NCBI GenBank assembly: GCA_003990765.1
Contig: RBNJ01000047.1
Location: forward strand, 1 to 47,246
DNA length: 47,246 nt
Direction of reading: 5' to 3'
Origin: Jimgerdemannia flammicorona
Lineage: Eukaryota
Made by a program: the position numbers and the translations under genes. The notes below the pieces were generated by a model. The model did not search any database, was not told the origin of the DNA, and saw nothing but the letters and a program-made list of their open reading frames with translations. Each line of letters begins with the position of its first letter. The stretch's first letter is position 1. This document shows positions 35,011 to 46,864 of this stretch, piece after piece.

Positions 35011-36792
35011 TTACACTTCATCAGTAGACTCAGTAAATAACAACTAAGAATGAAGGCACAACACTGCCTAAGCTCTCTCTGGCAAAAGTGAGTTGCAGTT
35101 TTTTGTAATAGTGTTGCCAGTGATTGAAAAAAGCTGTTCACAGGGAATACTAGAAGCCAGAATTGCTAAAATATTCTGAGTCATGATTGCTAGTATTGGA
35201 AATTAGCTTTCATTTAGCTGCCACCAGTTGAGAGGATTGTTGCTGCTATCTCCATTAGTAGTTGAAAGATAGCAATTAATTTCATTATTCACATTTATAT
35301 TATAATTCTCCACAGAAGCACTTCTCTCTATGATGATAGATTCTCCAACCAGCTCACAGAACTTTTGCACTGATTTCTTCTTTTTGGGGGATAGCAGGAA
35401 TATCAGAGCTCCCTGTGGGGTGCTGGAAACAGCTTGAGTAATGAGGTCTGCATACTCCTTAAGCTTGCTGATTTTCGACTTATATTTCTTATCATCTTTC
35501 TCTAGTTTTATACCAGGATATAGTACTTGTGCTAACCAGTGTATACCTGAAAGCTTAGTAGTATATTCTTGAAGTTTGCTTGCCATAGCTCTGTATGCTA
35601 GGATCTTTTTATTATTCAGATATTTCTTTATAAGAGAATAAATTTCTTTTACTTCATGAAGTGTTGACTCTAAATATGTTGAGAGAGCTTTGGTGGCTTC
35701 AGCATAGATTTTTAAAACTTCAACATACATTTCAAGGGCCTTCCACTCATTTGACTCAAGTGTATTGCTGATGTTCTTTGTTTGGGACCAGATAAATAAG
35801 AGCTGAAGGGCTGGCTTTTGGAGGATGGCAGTATCGATCATGGTATATATAGAGGACCATCTTGTTGGACAATTATGGGGAAGGTCATAGTAGTCAATCT
35901 CGCAGTCTTTGCAGTACTGTTTGAATTCTTCAATAATTTTAGGACTCCTCTGGATTGTATTCATACAAAGGCAAAGCTTTGTAAGTAGACTATTGGGGTT
36001 ATCCTCATCAAATTCTTCCTCTATATCAAATAAATTCTTCCAGCCATCCTGAACAACAAGGTTGATAATATGTACACTACATCTGATATGATATATTTCT
36101 CTCTCATATTTGCTGAGGATGATTTCTGCAAGTAAGTGAAAGCCATGAGTCATATTTAAGACATTATTAGTGACAAGGGCCAGAAACCTATCTTTGATAC
36201 AATATTCTGTAATAGTCATCAAAAGAATGTCCTTTATTGCTTCACCAGTATGAGGATGCAATATAGGGCAAATATCCAAAATGATTGACTGGAGTTTCCA
36301 ATTTGAATTGATAAAATGTGCTATCACTCTACAATAACTGTCCATAGATCCTGAGGTCCAGAGATCACATGTCAAAGATATAGCTCCTGCTGTATGGTGT
36401 AGAGTATATTGAATATACCCTTTGTAAGATTCAAATTTCTCCATCACTAGTTTATAAGTAGTTTGATGGCAAGGAATATAATATCTTAGATTTAGGTACT
36501 TTATGAAGGCTTTGAAGTCTTCATTATTGGAAGTTGAGAATAGTTGAAGATCTTTGACTATCTATGTAATGTAACTACTTGTAATAGTCTTGTGCTCTTG
36601 CTGGATAAGAGGTAATTCAGTTTCCCCTTCCTTGGTCATCTTTTTAGGATGACATTTCTTGATGTGAGTCCACAAGGTAGATGTAGCACTACTGGCTTGA
36701 TAAATCTTCTCTTTAGGACAATAGTTGCACTGCCTTGAGCCATTGGCCAATTTCGTAAAGTGGTGATAAACACTGCTTCGGGAGGCACTCAT
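35011..36792 (-). pseudogene. hAT transposase (~593 codons, few in-frame stops, no frameshift seen)
   Basis: BED finger CNYC...LWTHIKKCH; SLTCDLWTS; IRCSVHIINL; CPTRWSS; dimerisation domain PLNWW...SSIPCEQLFS. All in one frame. Confidence 0.95.
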
Positions 36793-36990
36793 TTTAATAT
36801 ATAAGTGTTTTTTGTAAAAGATGTAAATTAGCAGCTCATGAGAGACCACAGGTCAATGAATGCAGGAATGTCTTAGGCACTTAGGTCTCGGGCATATTGG
36901 TTTCGGATGTATTGGTTTCAGGCATTGAATAGCTGTCTTCGTTTCGGGTGCCATCGTCATTGCATGGCTTGTCTCAGTCATGAGTAGTAA

Positions 36991-37362
36991 CTTCCACCTT
37001 TCGACCTGAGCTTTTAAAATTTAATAACTCCATGAATCCATATCCAATCTTAATGATCTTGGTCCTGTTTGGAAGCTATGAATATTGGCTTCCAGGAATA
37101 ATTTATTTGGATGAAATCGGATGTGTATTCATCGAGCCATTGCACTTTAGAAAACTCAGGTCGATGGCGGGTTGACTCTTCAAACGGCGATCGACCAGAG
37201 TTTTTTTAAAGTGCAATAGCTCTATGAAAGCACATCGGATTTCATCTAAATAAAATGTGCCTGAAAGCCAATATTCATAGCTTTCAAACATGATCAAGGT
37301 CATTAAGACTGGGTGTATTTTCATGAAGTTATTAAATTTTAAACGTTCAGATCAAATGGCAG
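36991..37362. repeat. ~370-bp imperfect palindrome (foldback) upstream of the transposase
   Basis: Arms pair along their whole length (e.g. GGAAGCTATGAATATTGGCTTCCAGG vs CCTGAAAGCCAATATTCATAGCTTTC); 4-nt loop at 37176-37179. Confidence 0.92.
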
Positions 37363-38744
37363 ACACCTTGTGGATTGTACTTTTTGCTGAAAGAGACCGA
37401 GTTCTTTTACTGTTTCAAGTCAAGTAGCTGATTCTGAATATATAAACTCATACAGGAAGTATTTATATGATTTATTCTTATGCAAATAAGAAATAAAGAT
37501 ACAAATCATTTTGAAACCACTGATTGAATTGAACCAAACCAAAGTGGTTCAAACTGGTTTGAACCTTTTGGTTTCAAACCATTTAACAGCCCTAAAGACC
37601 AGCACAAGACATCAGCCTATACCCAATGTCAGATTGAAGATTGTATCTTTGATGCCATCATTGATACCTATGCTGGAGAATGTCTTATGAGCAAGAAGAC
37701 AATTGACTGCCTAGGCTGGGACATTGAAGAGTCCACAAAAATGGTTTATATTATAGCAGATGATCTACAAGCTACCCCCCTAGGCAAGATCTAAGAAGTC
37801 CCCATCAAGATAGGAGGAGCTACCATCTCAGTAGATGTGATTGTTACAAGCACCACTAACTATAATATTCTCATTAGCAATCAATGGCTTTATAAGGCCA
37901 AGGCTGTCATTAACCTTAATGCCTAGAAAATACAGAACAACTATAGAGAAAGAAAGGTATGAGTCTCTATCAATGTCTACAAAGGAGTACTACCAGACAT
38001 GGAGAAAGGAGATGAAGAAGACACAGAAGTCTTTATGCACTTGGTGTATAAGAATAAGAGCAAAACACCTAAGCTCACAGATGAGCAGTGGTATAACAAG
38101 ATCATTGATGACTATACCCCTCAAGGAAGATGCCCCTATGGTACCAGGATGTACTGCTCTGAACACCTGAATGACTGCTGGTTCTGTATCAGTGAAGTCA
38201 GGAAAATCTGTTAACAAAAGCATGAGCAAGAAGCTGCTGAAGCAAAAAGGAAAGCCAAAGAAGATGACCAGCCCCCAGAGCTTCAAGCTGATAGCAAAGA
38301 TGAGGAGGAACAAGAACCAGATATTATCCTCAAGATCAAGAAGTACCATCCAGAAGCCAAGATCCCAGAATATAAGACTGAAGATACTATAAGAATAGAC
38401 CTTACCAGCATTTAAGATACTATCCTCAAACCACAGACCACCACTCTACTTGGCACTGGAATTGGAGTCAAATTACCAGAGAACCATACCAGAATCATCA
38501 AGACCAGGAGCAGTCTGGCCAAAAGTGAAATCTCAGTTGAAGGAGGAGTAATTGACCCTGATTATACTGGTGAGATCTTCTTCATAGTTAGGAATCACAA
38601 CTCCACCACCCCATTCAAAGTTAAGAAGAATAACAGGATTGGCCAGATGCTGATCCATGAAGTCAAAAAGCCTAAGATCACTGAAGCCATCAAGACCAAG
38701 AGAGGAGAGCAAGACTTTGGATCTACTGGAAGAGGAGCCTATAC

Positions 38745-39148
38745 TGTAATGATTCTAGTTTCTAAATGAGGAAGCAACTAGTTCTGGTGGTTCTAAGTAA
38801 CTCAAAGAGATACTTAAGAGTTCAAGTGTTCTCAAAGGATTTCTGAGAGAAAATATTCTGAGACTTTATTCATGAGAACAAAGGGGATATTTATACAAGA
38901 TCTGAAAGAAGGATCTGGGAGGATCTGAGAAATCAAAGGAAAATACCAAGAGGAAAGTTCTCAGCAAAGATGACAAATGATGACAAATAAAGTTCTACAA
39001 GTTTCCAGGACATTCAGTGATTAGCTAAATAAGTACTAGGGGATGCTTGGTGCCAAGAAAGGATTTCTAAGCATTTGGAAAGTACTGGAAGGTCATAGAA
39101 TATTGAAGAAAGACAAAGAAAAGAAATAAACTATACTAAAATATTACA
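38745..39148 (-). repeat. 3' LTR of F
   Basis: Direct repeat of 44370-44773, adjacent to the PPT. Confidence 0.97.
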
Positions 39149-39458
39149 TCTCCCCCTCCTTAAGAATCAATGTCCTCATTGAATTCTCAAGTTACACATG
39201 ATAAACAATAAGACTAAAAGAAACTTCAAATTAAATATATCAACTCATTGGCAAGGATTGGCCATCCTTATATAAGGTGAGGGCCAAAGTATCATCTTGA
39301 TCAGATGAGAAATGATTCAAACCTCATTGGTTGCAGGATTTATAGGGTTCTCCTATATCTCTTGTTTCTGATGCTGTATTCCTTAGAGAGCCCCAATGTG
39401 TAATATGTGATTAGCACAGTAGGTCATCTACTATCCAAGGGGAGAACCTCATGGGCAG

Positions 39459-42400
39459 TCAATGAGTTTCTTTTTGCTCAAACTCTTGGATGAGGTCTTG
39501 GGAGTTCTTGAGATTGATGGCAGATTCCCAGGTGGTGTCATATTCAGGGTAATCCATCCACTTGACTAAGTATTCTGTGTGACAGTATCAGACTCATTTG
39601 TCTAAGATTTTCTCAACTTCATACTTGATGTGGTCTTCAACTATGACTGGTGCTGATGGTGTCAGAATTCAGCCAGGATATAGGGGTGACTGGTTCCAGG
39701 CCTTGAGTTGTAACATATGGAATACTGGATATATATGTATGGTTGTTGGTAGGTTGAGGCAGTAAGACCAGATAGAGACTTGCTCGGTGATCTCAAAGGG
39801 TCCAAGGTACTTGGGCTGGAATTTGGCTGACTGGCAGTTGACTTGGGATTGAGCCTTGATATTGTCAGCTTTGAGTAGAACTATATCACCAATATTGTAT
39901 ATGATATCTCACTGCTTCTTATCTGCATACTTAGCTTGATATTGCTAAGTCTTTTGCAGATTTGTAGTAGCAATCTTGAGAAGGAAATCCATTTTGTCGA
40001 TAAGGTTCTGGGCTGTGGGGACTTGTGTGTGACTGGATTGCTAGAATGGAACTAGGCTTACAGAGGTCTCAGGATTTTGACCATAAAGTAGCTGAAATGG
40101 GGAAAGACCAGTTGATGATTGGTTGGTATTATTGTAGACAAACTCGGCATAGGTCAGATAGTGGTCCCAATCATCTTGCTCATAAGACACATAGTTTCTG
40201 AGCATTTTTTCAAGTATTCTGTTCATTTGCTTCATCTGTCCATCAGTTTGAGGATGGAAGACAGTGGACATAGCAATTTGGATTCCAAGGGTCTTGAAGA
40301 GTGCTTGCCAGAAGTAGCTTGTGAACTTGGGGTTGCAGTCACTGATAATTACTTGGGGAAGTCCATAATGTTGGAAGACAGTCTTGAAGAAGATTCTTGC
40401 AAATTCTGGGGCAGTAGCATTGGTTGTGGTTGGCTCGGCGATTGTAATCTTGGTGAGACAGTCCACAAATACAACAATGGCATCATAGCCTGTTTTGGTT
40501 CATGGGAGTTGCACAATGAAGTCCATTGTGACTTGTTCGAACTTCTTGGTCAGAATTGACAAGGGTTGTAGAAGACTGGTAGGTGCTTAGTTACTTGACT
40601 TGTTTCTTTGGCAAAGATTGCAGTTTTGGACATACTCCTTGATTTCCTTAACCATATTTGGCCAGTAGTAGTCTCATTGGATATTCTTGATGGTCTTCTT
40701 AGTTCCAAGGTGACCAGCTAGTGGGGAATCATGATGTTCATGAAGAATCTTATGCTGTAGTTCAGGGTTGACAGGAATATAAACTTTGTCTTGATAGTAC
40801 ACGAGGTTGTCCTTGATGGTGTACTTTTCCTTGAATTCCTTGGTGTTCTTTTGTAGAACCAGAGAGTCTTGTTCATATGCCTTCTTGATCTGGTTGAGGA
40901 ATTCAGGTACCATAGTGACTTGTAAAATCACAGCAAGGTCAGGTCTCCTTAAAAGTGCATCTGGTACATACAACTAGAGTTTTGCCAGGCTTGTAGATGA
41001 TGTTTGGGGTAAAGGTCTGAAGCAGTTGACTCCACTTGGCTTGTTGGTGAGAGAGGGTTGGTTGAGTGTTGATGTACTGAAGGGATCTGTGATCAGTGAT
41101 CACATTGAACTCAACTCCTTCTAGATAGTGTCGCTAGGTCTTGAGGGTATGTATAATTGCCAGGAGTTCCTTTTCATGAGTAGCCAGCTTTTGTTCTGCT
41201 GGTGACAATTTTCTTGATTCAAAGGCAATAGATCAGTGTCCTTGACCATCATCTTGAGAAATGACTGCACTAATGGCAAAGTTAGATGTATCTGTAGTGA
41301 CCATGAACTTCAAATTTGGGTCCATATTTTTAAGGACAGGTACATGGGTCAGGCAGTTCTTGAGTTCTTGAAAAGCTTGTTGACAGAAAACATCCCAGAT
41401 ATAGGGGACATAGAGGACAGAGTTGGGTTCTTTTCGCAGGAGGTTTGTTAAAGATTCTGTAATACCAGAAAAGTTCTTGACAAATCAACAGTAGTATCCA
41501 GTCAGACCAAGGAAGGACCTGAGTTCAGTGAGGTTTGCTGGTACAGGCCACTGTTCAATGGCTTGTATTTTTCTTAGATCTACTTGAATTCCTTTGGCTG
41601 ATACAATGTGTCCAAGGTATTTAACTTGATCCTTGAAAAATTCACATTTCTTGAGCTTTGCATAGAGCTTGTTCTCATGGAGGATCTTGAGGACTTGTTC
41701 AATGTGCTTGAGATGTTCTTCTTCAGTACTACTAAAGATCTGGATGTCATCAATGTATACAAGTACAAAGATATAGAGCTGATCCTTGAAGACTGTTTGC
41801 ATGAGATCTTGAAAGATTGCTGATGCATTGGTGAGATCAAAGGCCATGACTAGAAATTCATAGAGTCCAAAGGATGTCATGAAGACAGTCTTGGGTATGT
41901 CTTCTGGCTTGATTCGAATTTGGTGATACCCAGAGGTGAGATCAATCTTGGTGAAGTACTTTGTATTCTTGAGAGCATCAAAGATTTGATCTATGAGTGG
42001 TAGTGGATAATGGTTCTTAACTGTGATCTTGTTGAGTGCTTGGTAGTTTATGCACATTCACAGAGTATCATCCTTTTTCTTGACAAATAGGACTAGGGAG
42101 CCAAAGGGTGACTTGCTTGGTTGAATGACTCCTTGCTCGATGAGTTCATTGAGTTCCTTCTTGACTGCTTTAATTTCAAGTAGAGACATGTGGTATATTT
42201 TCTTCTTAGGTATAGCTGCATCAGGTACCAACTTGATTTCGTGGTCATGGTCTCTTGAGGGTGGTAGACCAGGTAGTTTGTCTGGGAAGACATCCTTGTA
42301 CTTATTCAGCAGTAATTTGATGCTTTCACCAATGGATAGCTTCTTGTCTTCTTTCTTTGGTCGGATCAGTGCCACAAAGGTACAGGTAGCTTTCTTGAGG

Positions 42401-44301
42401 GCCTTCTTGAACTGAATTGCTGAAAGGGTAGCAATTGGGGTTCTCATCTGAGTCTTGTCTGGCTTGATGGTAATATTGGCTCCATCTTGAATCAAGGTGA
42501 CTTCATTCTTGGTCCAATCAATCTGAGGGTTGTATCATGTAAGCCAGGGTTTGCCTAGGATCAGGTCATGGTCTCCTAGTGGTGCTACCTCGAAATCTAA
42601 ATATTCCCAGTACTTCTGGATCTTGAGGGGAAGTTTAGCAGCAATTGAGTTGATTGGTAAGGTGGCACCATCTGTAGTGACAACTTCACCATTCTTGCCA
42701 GCTGGTTTGGTGAGAATCTTGAGCTTATTGATGAGGTTCTTGTTGATGAAGTTCCCAACAGCTCCACTGTCTATGAGAACATCTAGTTCTTGTCCCTTGA
42801 CTAGACCTTTGAAAATGAGCATTGAATTGGCTCAGTTCTCAGCTATACTTGCAACTTTGTCAGTGCTGCCAAAGCCTTTCTGATCTCACTTGGTTGAAGA
42901 CAGCTTGGTGACTTCTTTGATGACTGGTAGAGTGACTCACTCCAGAATGAGCTGTGCAATTCTGTCTCCTTCATTGACAGTATATGGTTGGTTCTTGTGG
43001 TTGACTAGCAGGACTTGTATTTTACCTCAGAAGTCAGGGTCGATGACTCCAGCACCAATATCCAATGAGTGCTTGAAACTGAGGCCAGATCTTGGTACAA
43101 TCCTTGCATAATGTTCCTTGGGGATTTCGACTGAAAGGCCAGTTGGAATGAGCCTTCTTTCATGTGCAGGAATAGTGACTTGTTGTACTGCTTGAAGGTC
43201 CAAACCAATGGCTCCTTCTGACTGTGCTTGAGGGATCTGGACCTTGGGGTTGACTCACATGAAATTGAGTACAACTTCTTGTTCAACTGATTGGCCTTGA
43301 GTATCTTTGGACAGGACCAGGATCCTCTTTGGTTTGGCGGTTTTCTTGGGACATTTAGTTGCAATGTAACCAGGCTGATGGCAAAAGAAGCAGGCTCCAG
43401 CCTTCTTGAGATGCTCCTTTTCCTCAGATATAAGCTTGTCTTTCTTGCTCTTGTTGATGGTGTCCAGGTCCATGGGGGCAGGTCCAACAGTTCTGACTTT
43501 GGGTTCCTCCCTTCTGTGGTTGTTGTTGTTGAAAAGTGGTCTCTTCTGTTCAAAGCAGTGACCATAGGTGATGACATCAAACCTATCAGCAATTTTCATT
43601 GCCATGTCTAGGTCCTTGGGTTCTTCTAGTTCAACACGAACTCAGGTTTGACCTTTTAGACCTCGGATGTACTTGTTGACCTTCTCATCTTCAGTGACAT
43701 GTAGTAATTCAAGCAGGATTGACAGGAATTGTACATTGTATGCTTGCACAGACTTGAGTTATTTGACATTTGCCAGGTGGTCTCACACAGTCTTGGTACT
43801 GTTGACTGGTTTGAATTGGCCTTGAATAGCATCAGCAAATTCACCCCAGGTCTTGATTCGGCTAGAGAATCTGGTATTCTGGACATGATTTCGTCACCAG
43901 ATTGCAGTATTCTCTTGGAGGAGTGTGGCGGCGAATTGGACTAGTATTGCTTCTTCCAAATTGGTCATTTCTCCATATTGCTCCAATTGGAAAAGCCAGG
44001 TATCAGTAGACAGTCCTCCTCTTTGACCATCAAAAGTGTTGGGCTTCTGAGGCTTGATAGTGACTGCTGTCAGATGTATTGATATTGATAGAGGTGCAGA
44101 GGTATGAGCAGAGGCCTTGCTTTCCTTTCTTTCTATGCATTCTTGAAGTTGAGCAATCTGAGCTAATGTAGTCTGCAAAAGACTCTTGATGGCCCCATTT
44201 GACTGAGTAGGGTTTTGCTATTCCTCTTCTTCTTGCTAATTGTATGAGACATTGTCTGGACTATAGGTACTGTATGAAGGGTTCCACCCATTGTCCTCCA
44301 T
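39459..44301 (-). pseudogene. F gag-dUTPase-PR-RT-RH-IN-chromodomain polyprotein (in-frame stops, one frameshift near 40975)
   Basis: KPNTFDG; GPAPMDLD; CFFCHQPGYIATKC; dUTPase; LIDSGA; VYIDDI; TTDTSNFA, HEKELLA; HDSPLAGHLG; HPQTDGQ; YLGPF; YEVEKILDK...EYLVKW...TTWE (39474-39623). Confidence 0.95.
42859..43275 (-). pseudogene. dut: dUTPase domain of F
   Basis: GAIGLDL...IPTGLSV...VPRSGLS...GAGVIDPDF*G...GDRIAQLILE*...TK*DQKGFGSTD. The stops are TGA at positions where Arg is expected. Confidence 0.95.
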
Positions 44302-44369
44302 AGTGTTGTGACTGATATCTTGAGAGGTGTCTTGATAAGGCTAGGTGTAACTTCACCACTGCTATCAAG

Positions 44370-44773
44370 TGTAACAGTTCTGGTTTCTAAATGAGGAAGT
44401 GACTAGTTCTGGTAGTTCTAAGTAACTCAAAGAGATACTTAAGGGTTCAAGTGTTCTCAAAGGATTTCTGGGAGAAAATATTCTGAGACTTTATTCATGA
44501 GAACAAAGGGGATATTTATACAAGATCTGAAAGAAGAATCCAGAAGGATCTGAGAAATCAAAGGAAAATACCAAGAGGAAAGTTCTCAGCAAAGATGACA
44601 AATGATGACAAATGAAGTTCTACAAGTTTCCAGGACATTCAGTGACTAGCTAAATAAGTACTAGGGGATGCTCAGCACCAAGAAAGGATTTCTAAGCATT
44701 TGGAAAGTACTGGAAGGTCATAGAATATTGAAGAAAGACAAAGAAAAGAAATAAACTATACTAAAATGTTATA
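44370..44773 (-). repeat. 5' LTR of F
   Basis: Direct repeat of 38745-39148, followed on the minus strand by the PBS. Confidence 0.97.
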
Positions 44774-46864
44774 TATACTGCCACTAAGATTACTAAACTT
44801 GAGCACAAGAAAGACAAGGACCAGAATAAGCACACATATACCATTGGAGAAAACTTTCCCCTAAAAGAATAACTTCTTAAGATTCTGTATCAGAATGAAG
44901 AAGTACTTGCTACAGACTTCAGGAACATCCACAATCAAGAACCTAAGTACTATCATGAAGTTGATACTGGCAATACCAAGCCCATCTACCAGAAAGCCAG
45001 ACCTATACCACCTGCCTACAGAGAATGGCTGCAAGAAGAACTCAAGGAAATGGAAGAAGCTGAAATCATCAAGCAAGTTATCAGCCCCTGGGTATTACCC
45101 ATTGTCTTTACTCCAAAGAAAAGAAGCAAGCCTGGAGAGTTTGCCTCAAGACTCTGTATTGATTACAGGAAGCTCAATGCAATCACTAAGAAGAATAGGC
45201 AGCCTTTGCCAAATATTCAAGAAATCCTTACTACTCTTAGAAGCGAAGTCAAATATTATACTATCTTGGATCTGTTCTCAGGCTTCAATCAGATTGATCT
45301 CACTCAAGATACTAGTGAGAAATCAGCCTTCATCACACCTGATACCACCTATGTCTATCTGTGAATGCTATTGGGAATATTCAATACTCCAGTAAGTTTT
45401 CAGTAAATAATGAACAGAGTCTTCAGCAATGAGATTGAAAAATGACTCTTTGTCTATATTGATAATGTGATCATCTTCAGCAATACTGCATGGGAACATG
45501 TCAACTATATACAGCTAGCCCTCAAGAAGCTCAAGGAGTATGGCCTCTACATCAAGTCCAAAAAGTATAAGTTTATAGCTCAAAAAATCATCTACCTAGG
45601 ACACCTCATCAATTAGACTGGAATTCACACAGACTCCATGAAGATTGAGGCTATTGCAGTCTACCCAAGACCCAGAACAACTATAGAAGTCCACACCTTC
45701 CTTGAACTGGCCTCCTACTATAAAAGATTTATCAAAAGATACTCTAACATTACAGCATCTATCTGTGAGCTACTGAAGAAGGAGACTAAATTCAAATAGA
45801 CTAAAAAATGTCAAAAAACCTTCAATGAACTCAAGACCAGATTGACCCAAACACCCATCCTCAGAAGACCAGATTGAAACCTAGAGTTCATCCTGCAGAC
45901 AGATATAAGTGCTATAGGACTTGGAGCAGTTCTAGCTCAGAAGAAAGATGGACATAAATATGTTATCTCCTATATAAGCTGAGGTATCCACAGAGCAGAC
46001 CAAAACTATGAGTTATGTAAGCTTGAATGCTTAGCAGTAGTTTGGGCAGTAGACAAGTTCCACTACCACCTAGCCAGAAAACACTTCACTATTCAAACAG
46101 ATCACTCTGCTCTCATCTGACCATTCCACACTCTGAACCCTAAAGAAATATATGTCAGATAGATCTACAGACTGCAAGAGTATGACTATACTATCAAGTA
46201 CCACTCAGGAAGAACTAATACCAATGCTGATATACTCTTAAGGATACTCTGAAACACTCTTATCAAAACTATTCAGTATGAATAAGAAGCTATACTATGG
46301 ATTAATCAGCTATCTCAGACAGCAGAAGATGCTCAACCACCTCAAACCCTGGACTATTACTATCATCAATCAGACTTAAAAACAATTTGAACTAGACAAT
46401 ACCACATTCAGAAAAGGAGAAAAGCTCATAATATCTGAATATAAGAAGTATCAAGTAATGAAGGAAGTATACAAACAAGGACACTTAAGAGGAACTAACA
46501 TATATAATAAAGTAAGAAGAACCATATGGTGGTCTAAGATAGAAGAAGACCTGTGCCAATTTGTCAAAGGGTGGGATAAGTGCTAAAAACTGAAATAAGA
46601 TTAGTAAGACCAGGTATCCGAGTCATCAAGAATTGAGCCTATCCCCTTCCACTACATGACAATAGATATTATTGAACTACTACCAGTGACACTATCAGAA
46701 AACTACTATATTATAGTTATCATAGACCTCTTTACCAATAGATAGAAGTAGGAGCATTACAGGAAGTCAATACTCTCTCTATAACTGACTTCCTGTACTG
46801 AGAAATCATCTACCACTACAAAATGCCAAAGCAAATCACCACAGACCATAGCACAGAATTTGTC

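Larger units (their letters stand above)
33350..37594 (-). mobile_element. hAT-superfamily DNA transposon (E)
   Basis: 18-bp TIRs TAGAGCTGTTAAATGGTT / AACCATTTAACAGCCCTA; 8-bp TSD AATACCAG / AAGACCAG (uninterrupted A1 has AAGACCAG); short subterminal GAACC/GGTTC repeats. Confidence 0.96.
38745..44773 (-). mobile_element. Full-length chromovirus F (Ty3/Gypsy) with dUTPase between gag and protease
   Basis: 404-bp LTRs; 5-bp TSD TATAC (38740-38744 / 44774-44778); PBS TG(A)TAGCAGTGG 44356-44367 (initiator-Met-like, inferred); PPT AAGGAGGGGGAGA 39149-39161; chromodomain. Confidence 0.97.
30268..46864 (+). mobile_element. Family A copy 2 (decayed), hosting hAT E, chromovirus F and LINE I
   Basis: Colinear with A1. 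gag 31983-33349, PR and dUTPase 37603-38744, RT-RH-IN 44779-~46864. Frame GAY|TATK is restored when F is removed. Confidence 0.93.
31983..46864 (+). pseudogene. A2 gag-pol in three pieces
   Basis: ADPVEELAKQFA; IFDAIIDTYA; dUTPase 38323-38730 (GVIDPDYTGE, RIGQ, DFGSTG); RT LCIDYRKLN, LDLFSGF, VYIDNV; RNase H KLECLAVVWAV, TDHSAL; integrase IDII, ITTDHSTEF. Confidence 0.9.

Noticed and set aside
39459-44301. Alternative genetic code (TGA as a sense codon)
   Set aside because: Stops replace Arg, Trp and Gln alike, include TAA and TAG, and accompany missense C>T/G>A changes. Mutation explains them.
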